From: a virus
Taxonomy: Duplodnaviria; Caudoviricetes
DNA length: 64,000 bases
Reading direction: 5' to 3' (one strand)
IMG/VR virus record: IMGVR_UViG_3300010347_002030
Shown here piece by piece: positions 1 to 9,479 of this stretch. The notes under the pieces were generated by a model that did not search any database, was not told the origin of the DNA, and saw only the letters and a program-made list of their open reading frames with translations. Within the stretch, counting starts at the first letter, position 1, and each line of letters begins with the position of its first letter. Position numbers and translations under genes: made by a program.

Positions 1-14
1 TGCTAAAGATGTAA

Positions 15-1106
15 GTGACGAATAATATGCAACCGAAACGAGAAGACAAGGCAAGGGTATTCAGTCTTTTTTCTCAATTCAAGAATGATTTGACACCTGA
101 TCGTGGCCTGAACAGAATGGTCAACGACAAAGTTCTTCTCGTAGATGGTCTGAATACGTTTATTCGTTGTTGGTCTGCCAATCCAATGATGAATGACGAT
201 GGGTTACATACGGGTGGCGTAGCTGGTACTTTAAAAAGTATCGGCTACGCCATCAAACTTATCAACCCCACTCGTTGTGTTGTTATTTTTGACGGTGAAG
301 GCGGTTCTGTAAAACGCCGAAAAATTTATCCTGAATACAAGCAGCATCGCAAGAGCACGGTTCGTCTGAATCGAACCTATGAAGAACTTTCGGAAAAAGA
401 TAGCGAAGAGGCGAATAAGGTTAAGCAATTAGTTCGGCTTTCTGAATATCTCCAACTTCTTCCAGTCAATATTCTGATTGCCGATGGGATTGAAGCCGAC
501 GACTCGATTGCGTATTGTGCCAATGAATATTTCAAGGAATCCATGGTGTATATCATGTCATCCGATAAAGATTTCCTTCAATTGGTAACAGAGAGAGTAA
601 AAGTATGGAGCCCGAGTAAAAAGAAAATTTATGGTCCTGCCGAGGTTCTTCGAGAATATGAAATTCATCCAGCTAACTTTGCTCTTTTCCGTGCAATGGA
701 TGGAGATGCCTCCGACAACATCGATGGAATAAAAGGAATTGGAATAAAGACAGTTGTAAAACATTTTCCGTTCCTTTCTGAACCAATTCCTCGGGATGTC
801 CAATATGTTATTGAATACGCAACGAAGAACCAAGGTAAATACAAAATTTACGACAAAGTAATTGAAGGTGCGAAGATCTTGGAAAGAAATTATGCTTTGA
901 TGCAGTTACGAGAGTCAATAGCCTCGGCAATGTCTCAACGGCATATTAGTGATTGTTTGACTAAAAGTAAAATACCTCGTTTGGAAAGATATGGTTTGGT
1001 CAAACTGATTACTGAGGACAAAATGTGGAATAATCTTCCCAACCATCAAATTTGGTTGAATGAAACGTTTTCCGGATTGGATTTAATGGCAAAATCACAG
1101 TTATGA
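15..1106 (+). CDS. 5'-3' exonuclease/flap endonuclease (T4 RNase H / Pol I 5' nuclease family)
   Basis: LLVDGLN, VIFDG, YPEYK, EADD, SSDKDFLQL and GDASDNIDGIKGIG (H3TH) motifs. Confidence 0.9.
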   Translation: MTNNMQPKREDKARVFSLFSQFKNDLTPDRGLNRMVNDKVLLVDGLNTFIRCWSANPMMNDDGLHTGGVAGTLKSIGYAIKLINPTRCVVIFDGEGGSVKRRKIYPEYKQHRKSTVRLNRTYEELSEKDSEEANKVKQLVRLSEYLQLLPVNILIADGIEADDSIAYCANEYFKESMVYIMSSDKDFLQLVTERVKVWSPSKKKIYGPAEVLREYEIHPANFALFRAMDGDASDNIDGIKGIGIKTVVKHFPFLSEPIPRDVQYVIEYATKNQGKYKIYDKVIEGAKILERNYALMQLRESIASAMSQRHISDCLTKSKIPRLERYGLVKLITEDKMWNNLPNHQIWLNETFSGLDLMAKSQL

Positions 1107-1298
1107 ACAGCTTGAAACTAAGACAACATCGACGACAGAAACGACATGACAAACAACAATGGAAGAAACAAGCGTTCAAAGAAATTTACGAAGAAAACGA
1201 AAAAGAAAAAAGAACGACGTTATCGAAGTAAAGGGCAATTAGATAGAGTAATTGCTGCATATAAAAAAGAGAGAGACTCTCTCGAATCCCTCTCCTGA
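1103..1298 (+). CDS. Small basic hypothetical protein, possibly frameshifted in an A6 run
   Basis: ATG overlaps the upstream stop (ATGA). A 42-aa ORF ends at 1231; removing one A from 1206-1211 extends it to TGA 1298. Confidence 0.3.
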
Positions 1299-1314
1299 AT
1301 TTTAGGAGTTAAGA

Positions 1315-2268
1315 TTATGGTTTCCAGCCTTTAGGGGGTTTTGCATATTTATTTTCCCTGAAACTCTCTGGGAAGCTAACTTGTTTTTCGATTCCCAAAT
1401 TAATGCCCATTGCTATTAAACTTTCTCGGCTGGCGTAATAGATATCGACTTTATGAATAACCTCTCGTCTTTTAAACGTGGTCTCTTTGACTTTGTAGGG
1501 ACGAGATTGGCCCCATTGGGTTTCCATGTCAAAGGAAACCACATTTGGGGTTTCTGTGCTACACATTACTTGACTAGAGTTGTCAACGAAATTCTCGGTG
1601 GATTTTGCCGAGATCAATGCCGTTGTATGAGTAGCGTTGGTGGTCGATTCATTTGAAACTCTGTATTTATAATGTCCCAGTCCATGCAAATAACCCGTAT
1701 TCCAGTCTGCCGGATTGGTGCTAGTCCAGTATCCCGTGATAGGATACGGTGGGTCGTCAAACGGCGTTGTGAAGGAACTCGTGAGACTAGAGAATGTCCA
1801 CGTAATAGTAGGTGGTGGGGGAGGCTGAGGAACTTCATCCCATATTCTCACCCCAATAACACCTACATTCTTTTCGGACCCGTCTTCTTTGGAAGCGGCG
1901 TACCCCAATGGAATCGTTTTACCTGTTTTTGGATCGATTTCTGGTTTGCCCGTTTTTGGGTCGATTTTGACTGCACCAACGGTACCAAACTTGAACGTGG
2001 CAACATTGTCGGGAGAATATTGAAAGCCATACAGTTTTTGGGAAGTATAGCTGTTCATGACGTAACCGGGACCATTCTCATCTGCTGTTTTTCCGTCAAT
2101 AACATTCAAACCATCGACGGAGACAACAGCGAGAATTCTTTCCCAAGTGTTGTTTTTGATTTCGATGACGTATTCCGAGTCTTTTTTGGCCTCAATGAAA
2201 GTACGTCCGTTGTGGAAGTATTGCTTGCAACGATTGCCGTTGACAAGTACATTAATTTCGTAGCTCAT
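1315..2268 (-). CDS. Conserved hypothetical protein (SVDG...NVGVIG type)
   Basis: LAVVSVDGLNVIDGK..GYV and NVGVIGV resemble an uncharacterised bacterial family; GAAAGG SD before the ATG at 2268; Pro-rich linker. Confidence 0.6.
   Translation of the reverse strand: MSYEINVLVNGNRCKQYFHNGRTFIEAKKDSEYVIEIKNNTWERILAVVSVDGLNVIDGKTADENGPGYVMNSYTSQKLYGFQYSPDNVATFKFGTVGAVKIDPKTGKPEIDPKTGKTIPLGYAASKEDGSEKNVGVIGVRIWDEVPQPPPPPTITWTFSSLTSSFTTPFDDPPYPITGYWTSTNPADWNTGYLHGLGHYKYRVSNESTTNATHTTALISAKSTENFVDNSSQVMCSTETPNVVSFDMETQWGQSRPYKVKETTFKRREVIHKVDIYYASRESLIAMGINLGIEKQVSFPESFRENKYAKPPKGWKP
1918..1967. repeat. Imperfect tandem duplication with 27-nt period (IDPKTGK x2)
   Basis: tttacctgtttttggatcgattt and tttgcccgtttttgggtcgattt. 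Confidence 0.8.
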
Positions 2269-2437
2269 CTGTTTACCTTTCTTGTTATGAAAGCCCCTCA
2301 TACTGGGGATTTCGGTTCAAAGATACATAGAGAGCAAATCGAGAAATCGACGAAGAAAATTTCTGAATCAATATTTTATGACACGAGTAACCGCTATATA
2401 ACTCCAAGACAACCCCAGAAAATGGACTTATTATAAG

Positions 2438-2466
2438 TTTACTTTGGTGTACTTTTTTGCTAGAGT
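2438..2466 (+). promoter_or_regulatory. Sigma70-like promoter for the helicase
   Basis: TTTACT-17 nt-TAGAGT with TG extension. Confidence 0.45.
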
Positions 2467-2488
2467 TGCCAACACTAAGAGAAGATTT

Positions 2489-3904
2489 ATGGAAATGAAG
2501 GAACTAGAAACACTTAAGAAATACGGAACAGAATTTCAAACTAAATGCCTTGCTGCAATCCTTACTGATAGACATTTTTTAGAGCGAATTATCGATATTC
2601 TGTCTCCCGATTATTTTGAAACGGCGGCTCAAAAATGGGTCGTTGAAGAAACCACAAAGTACTACTTTCAATACCGAGAAGTTCCGACGCCGATTGTTTT
2701 GTCGATGAAGCTGCAAGCTATCGATGCACAGATGAAATTGCTTAAGCAATCCATCGGAGACCTTTTAGGAGTGGTGTACGATCATATCACCGATACGGAT
2801 ATGAAGTTCGTCAAGGAACAGTTCCTTGAGTTCTGCAAAGCAAGAGCCCTTGCTCAGGCGATTTTAACTTCGGTTGACCTTTTGAACAAGGGAGATTACG
2901 ACGGTATCAAGGCAACTGTGGATACTGCTCTTCGTGCAGGCATGGAACGTGATCTTGGTCACAACTACTTTCTTGATGTTGATAAGCGTATGGCTGTTAC
3001 CGCACGCAATTGTATCAAAACAGGATGGGAAGATATTGACCAACTCATGGATGGTGGCCTCGGTAAGGGAGAACTTGGATTTATTGTTGCACCATCGGGT
3101 GCGGGGAAGACGTGGCTTCTTTCTCGCTTTGGAGCAGAAGCAATGAAGCAGGGAAAGAATGTCCTTCATGTTACGATGGAACTCAACGAAACCTATGTGG
3201 GTTTGCGTTATGACGCTTATCTAACTGGGATTCATTTTCAAGATGTTCGTAAAAACCGTGATCGAGTCGAAGCCGAACTAGCAAAGTTGAATTGCAAACA
3301 TTGGATCAAGTATTTTCCTCTTCGTACAATCAGTGCGGTCTCAATTAAGTTGTTCGTTGAGCGTTTGCAGATGTTGGAGCAAACCAAAATTGATATGCTG
3401 ATCGTTGATTACGCTGATTTACTCAAACCGCTAGTCGCCGATAGAAACTCCAAGAAGTACGAAAAGGCGGGCGATGTTTATGAAGAACTCCGTGCAATAG
3501 CAGGAGAACTTCAAATTGCGGTATGGTCTGCCTCTCAATCGAATCGGGAAGGACATGATGCTGACATTGTTTCGGCAAAAAACATAGCTGATTCATATCG
3601 TAAAATCATGACGGGTGATTTCATTATGTCGCTTTCACGTAAAGATGAAGACAAAGAAGAAGACACCGGAAGATTCCTCATCGTTAAGAATCGGTTTGGT
3701 CCAGATGGGTTGACTTTTCCATGTAGGTTCAACGCTGCTTGTGGTCATGTGACAATTTACGACAAAGCCTCCAGTGAAGGACAAGAACTCTTGGCAAAGA
3801 TGGACAAAGCGAAAAAAGAAGCTGGTGATCATCAAAAGAAAATGGCTAAGAGTCTCTGGGATAAGTTTAAGAAAAAAGACGACGACGATAGTCAAAACGA
3901 TTAA
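2489..3904 (+). CDS. Replicative helicase, DnaB/T4 gp41-like
   Basis: Walker A APSGAGKT, TMEL, IVDYADLL, SASQSNR, KNRFG; ATG at 2489 preferred over the track start. Confidence 0.92.
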   Translation: MEMKELETLKKYGTEFQTKCLAAILTDRHFLERIIDILSPDYFETAAQKWVVEETTKYYFQYREVPTPIVLSMKLQAIDAQMKLLKQSIGDLLGVVYDHITDTDMKFVKEQFLEFCKARALAQAILTSVDLLNKGDYDGIKATVDTALRAGMERDLGHNYFLDVDKRMAVTARNCIKTGWEDIDQLMDGGLGKGELGFIVAPSGAGKTWLLSRFGAEAMKQGKNVLHVTMELNETYVGLRYDAYLTGIHFQDVRKNRDRVEAELAKLNCKHWIKYFPLRTISAVSIKLFVERLQMLEQTKIDMLIVDYADLLKPLVADRNSKKYEKAGDVYEELRAIAGELQIAVWSASQSNREGHDADIVSAKNIADSYRKIMTGDFIMSLSRKDEDKEEDTGRFLIVKNRFGPDGLTFPCRFNAACGHVTIYDKASSEGQELLAKMDKAKKEAGDHQKKMAKSLWDKFKKKDDDDSQND

Positions 3905-3991
3905 TCAAAATAAATAAAAGTTGAGTCGTACGTTACGAAACAGTAACACATAGTTATCCTTTGCTACATTAACTTTTACTAGGAACATTCT

Positions 3992-6889
3992 ATGGATAAA
4001 TTCAGATTGACTGATACTTTTCTTGACAAATACAAAAAACAAAAACCCCCATTTGGATTCAACGGACTTGGAGAACTTGTGTATTTACGCACATATTCCC
4101 GTGTTAAAGCTAATGGCGATAACGAGCGTTGGTGGGAAACTGTTCAACGAGTTGTAGAAGGAACTTTCAACATGCAGAAGAGATGGATTGATGACCATCG
4201 TCTTGGTTGGAGTGCCATCAAAGCACAGAAGTCTGCTCAAGAAATGTATGACAGGATTTTCAATATGAAATTCCTTCCTCCCGGTAGAGGATTGTGGGCC
4301 ATGGGCTCACCGATTACAGAAGAGCGTGGTCTCTATATGGCGTTGAATAACTGTCTGGCAGGAGAAACCAAAGTTTTGACTCGTCAAGGATGGAAAGAGA
4401 TAGCATTATTAGCCGGAACGGAACAAGAATTGGTTACTCTTCATAATGCATGGGTTACTGCACCGATCAAGTCATTTGGAAAACAACAACTTTATAAAAT
4501 AACACTTCGCCGACAGGGAATTGAAAAAAACATACATGCGACTGCTAATCACATATGGTTTGCCAAATCGCCATCAGAAATAAATCATAATAAAGGGTGG
4601 AATGAATATACAACTTCTCAATTGCGTGAAGGATATAGGATGCGGTATGGTTTTGCAGAAGTTCCTATGAATTATTCTCCTCAAGGGATTCAACATGGAA
4701 TATGTTTTGGCGATGGAACTAATGACCATCTGTATTTGATTGGGGAAAAAGACAAAGAACTTATTACGTGGTTTTCGACGAACGAAATAACTTTTGCACC
4801 AGAGAAAAAAGGAGTGCGAGTGGCACACTTACCATCTCATTATAAAGAACTTCCATGTATTGATTACGATAAAAAGTATCTTTTGGGATGGCTGATGGGA
4901 TATTTTGCTGCTGATGGAAGTGTTGATAAGAATGGTCAGGTAACGCTGAGTTCTTCCAATATAAATCATTTACATTTTGCGGCAGATGTGGCGGCTATAT
5001 GTGGAATTGGAACATATGGAATAACTCTTTCGAGCGAATCGTCGAACTTTTCGGAACATCGAGAGTTGTATAAACTTACATTTATGTCCGACACAATGTG
5101 GAAAGAATTTTTCCTGCTCGCATCTCATCGAGATAACTTTTGTGATGAGAGACAAGTTCGTTATTGGAATGTTGTATCGGTTGAGGAAACAAATCGCTAT
5201 GAGGAGGTTTATTGTGCCGTGGTTCCCAATACCGAAGCATTTGTTATTGAAGGTAATATTTTAACGCATAACTGTGCGTTCACCTCGACCGCAAACATTA
5301 AGGAAGATTTATCCAAGTCATTTTGTTTTTTGATGGATGTTTCTATGCTTGGTGTCGGATGTGGCTTCGATGTCAAGGGAGAAGGCAAGATTGTAGTACA
5401 TAAACCCGTTGAAAGCAAGGATAACGTGTATGTTATTCCGGACACTCGTGAAGGATGGGTAGAATCTGTTCGGTTACTTATTGATTCATTCTTTCAAGGA
5501 AGTAAAGAAGTTACTTTTGATTATTCTAAAATTCGTGGTCCCGGTGAACCAATTAAGGGATTTGGTGGAATATCATCTGGTTCCGGCCCGCTTAAGGAAC
5601 TTCATGCTGGTATTCGAGCTACTCTGAAAAAGAATGTTGATAAGCCAATTACAATTACCACGATTGTCGATATAATGAATATGATCGGTAAGTGTGTTGT
5701 AGCTGGTAATGTTCGCAGAACGGCAGAGATCGTTTTTGGTGATTACAAATCCGAGGAATACCTTGACCTTAAAAACTATCAGATAAATCCTTATCGTGAG
5801 AGCTTTGGTTGGACATCGAACAATTCCATTTTCTGTGATTTGGGCATGGATTATTCTAGTGCAGTCAAGCGAACTCAAATTAACGGAGAACCGGGGTTTG
5901 CATGGTTGGAAAACATGAAGGGTTACTCTCGTATGAACAATGGTCCGGATAATAAAGATTGGAGAGTAGAGGGTGGAAATCCATGTTTGGAGCAAAGTCT
6001 TGAATCATATGAGGTTTGTAATCTTGTTGAGACTTTTCCTTATAACCACGAGACATTTGAGGATTATCTCATTACTTTGAAGTATGCCTACATGTATGCC
6101 AAGACAGTGACTTTAGGTCAAACACATTGGCCAGAGACGAACCGTGTAATGCTTCGCAATCGCCGAATTGGTTGTTCGATGAGTGGAATTGCCCAATTTG
6201 TTTCAACCCGTGGTCTTCACACCTTACGCCATTGGTGCAATGAGGGGTACAAGAAAATCGAATACTACGATGAGGTGTATTCTGATTGGCTGGCTATTCC
6301 TAAAAGCATTAAAAAAACTTCCGTCAAACCTTCTGGAACTGTTAGTCTGTTGGCGGGCGCAACACCGGGAGTACATTATCCTGAAAACGTATGCTACATT
6401 CGTCGAATGCGTTTGTCTAAGCATAGTGATCTTATTGCTCCATTGGAAGAGGCAGGATATAAGATTGAGCCTTGTTATGGATCAGAAGATTCAACGGTGG
6501 TCGTTGAGGTGCCTGTAAAAATCGGTGATAATATCAGATCCGTTAAAGACGTTAGCGTTTGGGAACAAGCAGCGTTAGCGGCTTTCATGCAAAAGTATTG
6601 GGCTGACAATCAGGTTTCTTGTACTATCACGTTCAAGAAAGAAGAGGCATCCCAATTGGAACCACTTTTGAATTTCTACCAATATCAACTTAAAGGCATA
6701 TCGTTCCTTCCTTTTACGGAAGAAAAGGTTTATCGGCAAATGCCTTATGAGAGTATTACTCTTAAAAAATATGAGGAACTTACGGCTAAGCTCAAACCCA
6801 TCAAGTTCAAAGGAATTAAGAATGAGGAAGCCGATGTTGATAAATTCTGTAATAACGACATTTGTGAAATAAAAGCGGTCAAGAAATAA
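3992..6889 (+). CDS. nrdJ: Class II adenosylcobalamin-dependent ribonucleotide reductase (monomeric RTPR type), intein-containing
   Basis: YLRTYSR, PPGRGLW, GNVRRTAEI, NPCLEQ radical Cys, VKPSGTVS, C-terminal CNNDIC. Confidence 0.95.
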   Translation: MDKFRLTDTFLDKYKKQKPPFGFNGLGELVYLRTYSRVKANGDNERWWETVQRVVEGTFNMQKRWIDDHRLGWSAIKAQKSAQEMYDRIFNMKFLPPGRGLWAMGSPITEERGLYMALNNCLAGETKVLTRQGWKEIALLAGTEQELVTLHNAWVTAPIKSFGKQQLYKITLRRQGIEKNIHATANHIWFAKSPSEINHNKGWNEYTTSQLREGYRMRYGFAEVPMNYSPQGIQHGICFGDGTNDHLYLIGEKDKELITWFSTNEITFAPEKKGVRVAHLPSHYKELPCIDYDKKYLLGWLMGYFAADGSVDKNGQVTLSSSNINHLHFAADVAAICGIGTYGITLSSESSNFSEHRELYKLTFMSDTMWKEFFLLASHRDNFCDERQVRYWNVVSVEETNRYEEVYCAVVPNTEAFVIEGNILTHNCAFTSTANIKEDLSKSFCFLMDVSMLGVGCGFDVKGEGKIVVHKPVESKDNVYVIPDTREGWVESVRLLIDSFFQGSKEVTFDYSKIRGPGEPIKGFGGISSGSGPLKELHAGIRATLKKNVDKPITITTIVDIMNMIGKCVVAGNVRRTAEIVFGDYKSEEYLDLKNYQINPYRESFGWTSNNSIFCDLGMDYSSAVKRTQINGEPGFAWLENMKGYSRMNNGPDNKDWRVEGGNPCLEQSLESYEVCNLVETFPYNHETFEDYLITLKYAYMYAKTVTLGQTHWPETNRVMLRNRRIGCSMSGIAQFVSTRGLHTLRHWCNEGYKKIEYYDEVYSDWLAIPKSIKKTSVKPSGTVSLLAGATPGVHYPENVCYIRRMRLSKHSDLIAPLEEAGYKIEPCYGSEDSTVVVEVPVKIGDNIRSVKDVSVWEQAALAAFMQKYWADNQVSCTITFKKEEASQLEPLLNFYQYQLKGISFLPFTEEKVYRQMPYESITLKKYEELTAKLKPIKFKGIKNEEADVDKFCNNDICEIKAVKK
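4352..5272 (+). mobile_element. Intein (307 aa) with LAGLIDADG endonuclease in NrdJ
   Basis: NN|CLAGETKV...ILTHN|C; block B TANH; HGICFGDG and LMGYFAADG. Confidence 0.93.
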
Positions 6890-6922
6890 TGATATATTGC
6901 CACGTTTCAAACTGCGAGCGCA

Positions 6923-6930
6923 TATTTATA
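6923..6930 (+). promoter_or_regulatory. TATTTATA motif (putative late promoter)
   Basis: Recurrent intergenic motif upstream of genes. Confidence 0.5.
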
Positions 6931-6962
6931 TTCATCAATGAAAAATATTGTAGTACTCGCAT

Positions 6963-7373
6963 ATGATTGATGGCAACATACTTATTACTATAGCTCCTCC
7001 GATTTTTGCTGCTTTAATCGCATATGCGATTGCACGTATAAAAAGTAACGCAAATGAACGTATTCAAAAGGCGAAGATTGATGCTGAGGTAGATTTTCGG
7101 GCCATGGAAATGGTTAAGGCTATCGTTGAAGAAATGAGAGCCGAACTTAAGGCCGAAATTGCCCAATTAAGAGAAGAGAATAAGTATCTCAAAGCAACTG
7201 CTTCTGCGAATCGGGAGGAAATTGAATCGTTGCAACGAAGATTGCGTGAAAGTTCCGAGCTTCAAGACGCCATGAAAATCGAAATTGCCTCTCTTAAAAG
7301 TACTATTCAATGGTATGAGAGACGATTGCGAGAACGTGAAGGTGGGGAACCCGCTGGAGAGCAACCAAGTTAA
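6963..7373 (+). CDS. Membrane-anchored coiled-coil protein
   Basis: N-terminal hydrophobic helix followed by heptad-rich region. Confidence 0.7.
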   Translation: MIDGNILITIAPPIFAALIAYAIARIKSNANERIQKAKIDAEVDFRAMEMVKAIVEEMRAELKAEIAQLREENKYLKATASANREEIESLQRRLRESSELQDAMKIEIASLKSTIQWYERRLREREGGEPAGEQPS

Positions 7374-7379
7374 TGCTAT

Positions 7380-7706
7380 ATGATTCTACTCGATAGGTTT
7401 ATAGATTTGTTTTGTGATAAAGCGGCTGTTGTTAATGATGACCCGACTGCCCTACAAAAAGAAGTGAAGATGTTGAAAAAACGCTTTGGTCCTTGGTATC
7501 AAATTTGTGGATTTAAGAATTTCAAGGATTTTTTTCTTGCTCTTCATATGGCCAGAGTCAAACATTGCAAAGACTTTTCTTGTGCTTTCATTCGGAACAC
7601 CGAACCTCCAGAGGGGGAGTTAATATTAAAAAAAATCAATCCTGATATCAAAACCTATAAATATTCTGATACGCAGCAGCTTTCAGTTCTATTGGCGGAT
7701 AGATAA
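7380..7706 (+). CDS. Hypothetical protein
   Basis: ORF packed within the operon. Confidence 0.6.
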   Translation: MILLDRFIDLFCDKAAVVNDDPTALQKEVKMLKKRFGPWYQICGFKNFKDFFLALHMARVKHCKDFSCAFIRNTEPPEGELILKKINPDIKTYKYSDTQQLSVLLADR

Positions 7707-7731
7707 ATGGTATTTTGTGGATAAACCCCAA

Positions 7732-7739
7732 TATTTATA
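7732..7739 (+). promoter_or_regulatory. TATTTATA motif (putative late promoter)
   Basis: 8 nt before ATG 7748. Confidence 0.55.
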
Positions 7740-7747
7740 ACCAGAAT

Positions 7748-8452
7748 ATGAACAAAACACTCTTTCAATCAATGGTTCGACGCATCCTCAAAGAGGAAAT
7801 CGAGAAACGTGTGCCTGAAATGAATGGTAATGGTATCGATCCGGAGAACAAAACCAAAATTTTCGCCTCCGATCCAAATTCTCGGGATATGGTGACCAAA
7901 GAAAAGATGGTTGAGGAACTGACCAAGATTGTTGAATCCATTGATAAGACATGGACAGTTGTGTGGGATGATCACGATGACATTACCATCAATGGTGGCG
8001 ATAAAATGAAAGTTCAAATCACGCAACTTTGGGAAGACAATTTCAAAATCATTTACTACCCTCGCTTGGAAGACCGTTTCTTTTTTATTGGATTAACATG
8101 GGAACAAGTGAAAGAGTTTGTTAAACATAATATTGATAAACCCAATCATACTGGAGTTGAAAAGGCTCGTGACAAGTCATGGAGAAACGCAAAGGCTCAA
8201 GACCAGAAAGTTGACAAGGGACTTCCACAAGATAACAAACCAAAAGTGCTTTCGACGGATAAGCCGTTCACCAAAGAAAAGAACAAAGAAAAACGCTATG
8301 TCGAAGACGAAGTAAAGAACGAAAAGGATCTCCCGCATCAACCAATGCGAGAAGTGGACGCACCGAAGAAACAAACCGAACATAAAGTAAAAGATCCCGT
8401 TAAGCTTCGTAAGCGACTACCAGATAAAAAACTCGTCATCAAACAGAGTTAA
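7748..8452 (+). CDS. Hypothetical charged protein, possibly virion-associated
   Basis: Preceded by TATTTATA; N-terminal MVRRILKEEI; K/E-rich tail. Confidence 0.65.
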   Translation: MNKTLFQSMVRRILKEEIEKRVPEMNGNGIDPENKTKIFASDPNSRDMVTKEKMVEELTKIVESIDKTWTVVWDDHDDITINGGDKMKVQITQLWEDNFKIIYYPRLEDRFFFIGLTWEQVKEFVKHNIDKPNHTGVEKARDKSWRNAKAQDQKVDKGLPQDNKPKVLSTDKPFTKEKNKEKRYVEDEVKNEKDLPHQPMREVDAPKKQTEHKVKDPVKLRKRLPDKKLVIKQS

Positions 8453-8481
8453 CCTCTGTTTGAGTAACCAGAACACAACCC

Positions 8482-8512
8482 CAAGGCCCCTATCACAAGG
8501 GGCCTTGTTTTT
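8482..8512 (+). terminator. Rho-independent terminator
   Basis: CAAGGCCCCT-atcaca-AGGGGCCTTG-TTTTT. Confidence 0.85.
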
Positions 8513-8516
8513 GGAA

Positions 8517-8545
8517 TTGACATCTGGTGTTTTTTCTGCTACCGT
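8517..8545 (+). promoter_or_regulatory. Sigma70-like promoter, probably giving a leaderless transcript
   Basis: TTGACA-17 nt-TACCGT with TG extension; ATG 7 nt downstream. Confidence 0.7.
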
Positions 8546-8552
8546 TTAGAAA

Positions 8553-9479
8553 ATGATACAAAGTCAGATTTCAGATATTCTGGCTCAGGCGCACACACTG
8601 AAACCGAAAGACCTGATTATCAGCGACTTGAAGTGGAAGTATTTGCTTTGGGCCGTTTATCGTCAAAAGAACATTTTGTTTGTTGGGCATACTCGCTGTG
8701 GAAAGACCAAAGCGATTCTCTCAGCCGCAAAAGTTCTGGATAGACCAATTTTTATTTTCAACCTTGGGTCAACGCAAGATGCTCGTGCTACGTTGATTGG
8801 AAATATTGGTTTCAAAAGAGAAAGTGGAACGTATTTTGCGTCTTCCGAGTTTGTTCAAGCCATCCAAACGCCAAATGCGATTGTTTTGCTTGATGAGTTG
8901 ACTCGTGCAAACCACGACGCATGGAATATTCTGATGCCCGTTCTTGACCCAACTCTTCGCTTTCTTCGTCTCGATGAAGAAAAGTCCGAAGTGGTTCATG
9001 TTAAAGAAGTTTGTATAGCGGCAACCGCTAACATTGGTAGTGAATATACCGCAACTAAAGTTTTGGACAAGGCAATGGCCGCACGGTTCCCCGTGAAGGT
9101 TGAAATGTTGCCTTTGAATAGGGATGAACTTCTACATCTTGTGTCGATTCATCATCCGACTTTACCTATAACCAAGGGGTCTCTCATGTGGAATATTTGC
9201 GACATCGCAAACAAGACGGTCGAAGAGTTGAAAAAAGACGAAGCTCGTCTTACTTCACTCATTCCGACAGGTGCGGTAGTCGAAATGGCCCAACTCGCAG
9301 TTGACGGTTTCAATTTAGAGGAAATTGCTGAGATGGCAATATACCCAGACTTCCCAGATGAGGGGGGTGCTGACAGCGAGAGAACATATGTTAAACAAAT
9401 CGTAGAGGGGTATATTCCTAAAAAAGGAGCCAAGAATCCACTCAACGACCCCGCCAATAAGATTGTACCTTTCAAATGA
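8553..9479 (+). CDS. MoxR/CbbQ/CobS-like AAA+ ATPase
   Basis: GHTRCGKT Walker A, LLDELTR Walker B, ATAN sensor, LDKAMAARF. Confidence 0.88.
   Translation: MIQSQISDILAQAHTLKPKDLIISDLKWKYLLWAVYRQKNILFVGHTRCGKTKAILSAAKVLDRPIFIFNLGSTQDARATLIGNIGFKRESGTYFASSEFVQAIQTPNAIVLLDELTRANHDAWNILMPVLDPTLRFLRLDEEKSEVVHVKEVCIAATANIGSEYTATKVLDKAMAARFPVKVEMLPLNRDELLHLVSIHHPTLPITKGSLMWNICDIANKTVEELKKDEARLTSLIPTGAVVEMAQLAVDGFNLEEIAEMAIYPDFPDEGGADSERTYVKQIVEGYIPKKGAKNPLNDPANKIVPFK

Noticed and set aside
1672-2436. 254-aa plus-strand ORF and the many other antisense ORFs in the track
   Set aside because: Shadows of better-supported genes on the opposite strand, with no recognisable motifs
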